This document shows, in pieces, positions 38,760 through 40,450 of a DNA stretch of 40,450 bases. Below the pieces are notes generated by a model. That model was not told the origin of the DNA. It did not search any database and saw nothing but the letters and a program-made list of their open reading frames with translations. The position numbers and the translations under genes are program-made. The first letter of the stretch is position 1. The number at the start of each line of letters is the position of its first letter. This stretch comes from a virus (Duplodnaviria > Heunggongvirae > Uroviricota > Caudoviricetes). The DNA lies in IMG/VR virus record IMGVR_UViG_647533158_000004. One strand, written 5' to 3'.

Positions 38760-38924
38760 ATGTTACGCCATATGGGCTGGACTGAAGCCGCAGACCTGAT
38801 TGTTAAAGGTATGGAAGGCGCAATCAATGCGAAGACCGTAACCTATGACTTCGAGCGTCTGATGGAAGGCGCTAAACTGCTGAAATGTTCAGAATTTGGT
38901 GATGCGATCATCAAGAACATGTAA
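38760..38924 (+). pseudogene. icdC: Displaced 3' fragment of isocitrate dehydrogenase gene (icdC-like) marking the prophage right junction
   Basis: Encodes [51 protein letters not shown], the Icd C-terminus, with no upstream icd body. Confidence 0.8.
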
Positions 38925-38947
38925 TCACTACATGTGTTTAATATTGC

Positions 38948-38978
38948 AACGGGCGTATAACACGCCCGTTGTTTTATT
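38948..38978 (+). terminator. icd rho-independent terminator
   Basis: AACGGGCGT-ATAAC-ACGCCCGTT hairpin followed by a T-run. Confidence 0.75.
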
Positions 38979-39026
38979 TATGTAGGTATTATTAATAGCA
39001 TATCGAGCATATTTATATAAAACCCT

Positions 39027-39350
39027 TTACTTGAGCCCATATGGGCATATTTTTATAATGCAACTATTATGCAAACATTTATTTGTTATTTTGCTTTCTC
39101 CTGGAGGACACTCTTGACTGCTTTTGAGTAGACTCCATAAATCCTTGTTGAATGGTGCGATGTTATAAATAGTAATAGGATATTCTTTATCTTTAAGGAT
39201 AATTCCAGATTTAACCGGTGTAAATATACTGCCAGGAGGGAGAAATATAGTAGATTGATACCAGATGATCATTTTCATATTACCCCATATGGCTGAAAAA
39301 GATATGCCGCATGAAGGTTGAATTATCGTGTCAATTACTATCCACTTCAT
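39027..39350 (-). CDS. iraM: IraM-like anti-adaptor protein (host gene)
   Basis: 107 aa, AT-rich; position after icdC and remembered sequence are consistent with E. coli IraM. Confidence 0.65.
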   Translation of the reverse strand: MKWIVIDTIIQPSCGISFSAIWGNMKMIIWYQSTIFLPPGSIFTPVKSGIILKDKEYPITIYNIAPFNKDLWSLLKSSQECPPGESKITNKCLHNSCIIKICPYGLK

Positions 39351-39807
39351 TTGTTATGTCTTATCCCACGGTATTTAATATAGTTCATTTGGATGTTCAT
39401 TTCTTTATTTTGCATATGAGTATATTACCCCTTCAAAAAATAAATTAATTAAAACGATTGCTTATATAAAACAAAATTTAAAGCAAGGAATCTCAATGGA
39501 TGTTAAACAAAATGAGATTTAGTGAAAACAATAAATTATTCACTTCGTTTTAGATTTGTTTAGCTATAATGTTATACATTCAAATGACTGAACATCCTGT
39601 AATTAAAACATAGCCTTTATGCTACTTTGTGCCAATTTGCTAAACATTATGGTTGCCTTTTTATATAACGATAATAATGAATATAAGCATGACATGAGAA
39701 TAAGGTTTCAATTTTTGAGTTATATAGGAAAGGTTTAACCTGTTCCTGGCTAAAATACATATAACTGGATGATGACTAAACCAAAACACATGTGCGTTAA
39801 GTATTGA

Positions 39808-39837
39808 AACGGGCGTATGGCACACCCGTTGTTTTTA
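39808..39837 (+). repeat. Diverged second copy of the icd downstream terminator region
   Basis: 39781-39837 aligns with 38928-38975 at ~75% identity (ACATGTG ... AACGGGCGTAT ... CCCGTTGTTTT). Confidence 0.55.
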
Positions 39838-40045
39838 TAAATATATTAACCGTTATAAAATAACGTATAGAAAGTCAAGTGATCACATTTCAAATATCAA
39901 TTTGATAGTATTGGCATGGTGATTATTTATGGGTAGCAATAAAAGGACAGTATTTATCATCCATAGGGATAGTCTCTGTACTTTTATTCCCATTATGCTA
40001 ATGCCTTACTGAATTATGAAGCATTTCTTAAGCATCCAACTTTAG

Positions 40046-40450
40046 CTAGATTAATGGTTTATTATTTTCTACATCTTCAATATATAAAAGCGTATTATCA
40101 ATGGCGTAGTAACTGCGTTTGTTATGATTAACATCAGTAACCCACCGGAAAACGCCCGCGCCTGCTAGTGTTGAACAGTATTCCCGAAATGTAGATTTTC
40201 CGCAAATATGAAGCAATGCGGCCTCTTTTATTTTAGCAGGGTTCTTGGTCGTACTAACTTTTAACAGGTTCCTGGTTCCTCTTAATAACAAAACCGTGTC
40301 ATCGTGAGTAATAATTCTGATGTTATCCGTAGCCAGATAATAAATGTAATGTGCAATACGGTGATGTTTTAATTCTGAATAAAACCAGGAGAAGTTTTGC
40401 TCTTTTCTCACTTGCTCAAACATCTTTTGAAAAACAACGACCTGATCCAT
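40046..40450 (-). CDS. ycgX: YcgX-like DUF1398 protein (host gene)
   Basis: 134-aa ORF starting at the window edge; length and position after iraM match E. coli ycgX (from memory). Confidence 0.6.
   Translation of the reverse strand: MDQVVVFQKMFEQVRKEQNFSWFYSELKHHRIAHYIYYLATDNIRIITHDDTVLLLRGTRNLLKVSTTKNPAKIKEAALLHICGKSTFREYCSTLAGAGVFRWVTDVNHNKRSYYAIDNTLLYIEDVENNKPLI

Larger units (their letters stand above)
1..38770. mobile_element. Integrated mosaic prophage; left end lies beyond the window, right end at the icd 3' fragment
   Basis: Continuous phage gene order from integrase to tail fibre, invertase and mcrA, then an icd 3'-end fragment and host genes. Same organisation and orientation as e14 of E. 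coli K-12, but much larger and intact. Confidence 0.85.

Noticed and set aside
38527-38760. Possible tRNA at the attachment site
   Set aside because: No tRNA-like sequence (no TPsiC-like GTTC motif or acceptor stem) is visible; the prophage is integrated in a protein-coding gene (icd), not a tRNA.
38768-39293. Three CCATATGG palindromes (38768, 39037, 39286) as repeated att core sites
   Set aside because: Two lie inside the conserved iraM-like coding sequence and one inside the icd fragment; an 8-bp palindrome recurring in AT-rich DNA is not enough evidence without alignment to an empty site.

Overview
The window is almost entirely one large mosaic prophage (about 1..38770) integrated at the 3' end of the host icd gene, the site used by E. 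coli e14; the right ~1.7 kb is host DNA (iraM-like and ycgX-like genes). All calls come from reading the ORF translations and DNA motifs by eye; no database search was run. Module order: accessory DUF262 gene, lambda-type int/xis, leftward early genes (yfdR/Q/P-like), immunity region (OL, an inserted accessory gene, cI, OR, cro), replication initiator with internal iteron-like repeats, Dam-type methyltransferase, RusA, KilA-N, DUF968, antiterminator Q with PR'/tR', lysis cassette (holin, R, Rz/Rz1), an AT-rich accessory island with two membrane proteins, HNH/terminase, HK97-type head genes, a Mu-type contractile tail with a -1 frameshifted chaperone, and an invertible tail-fibre segment with Pin invertase and McrA. 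The strongest candidate for an undescribed system is a 296-aa protein (5554..6444) with four tandem ADG-motif repeats and a C-terminal BRCT-like domain, inserted between OL and cI. Secondary candidates are the standalone DUF262 protein beside int (1..1053) and the two-gene membrane module after Rz (16370..17351).
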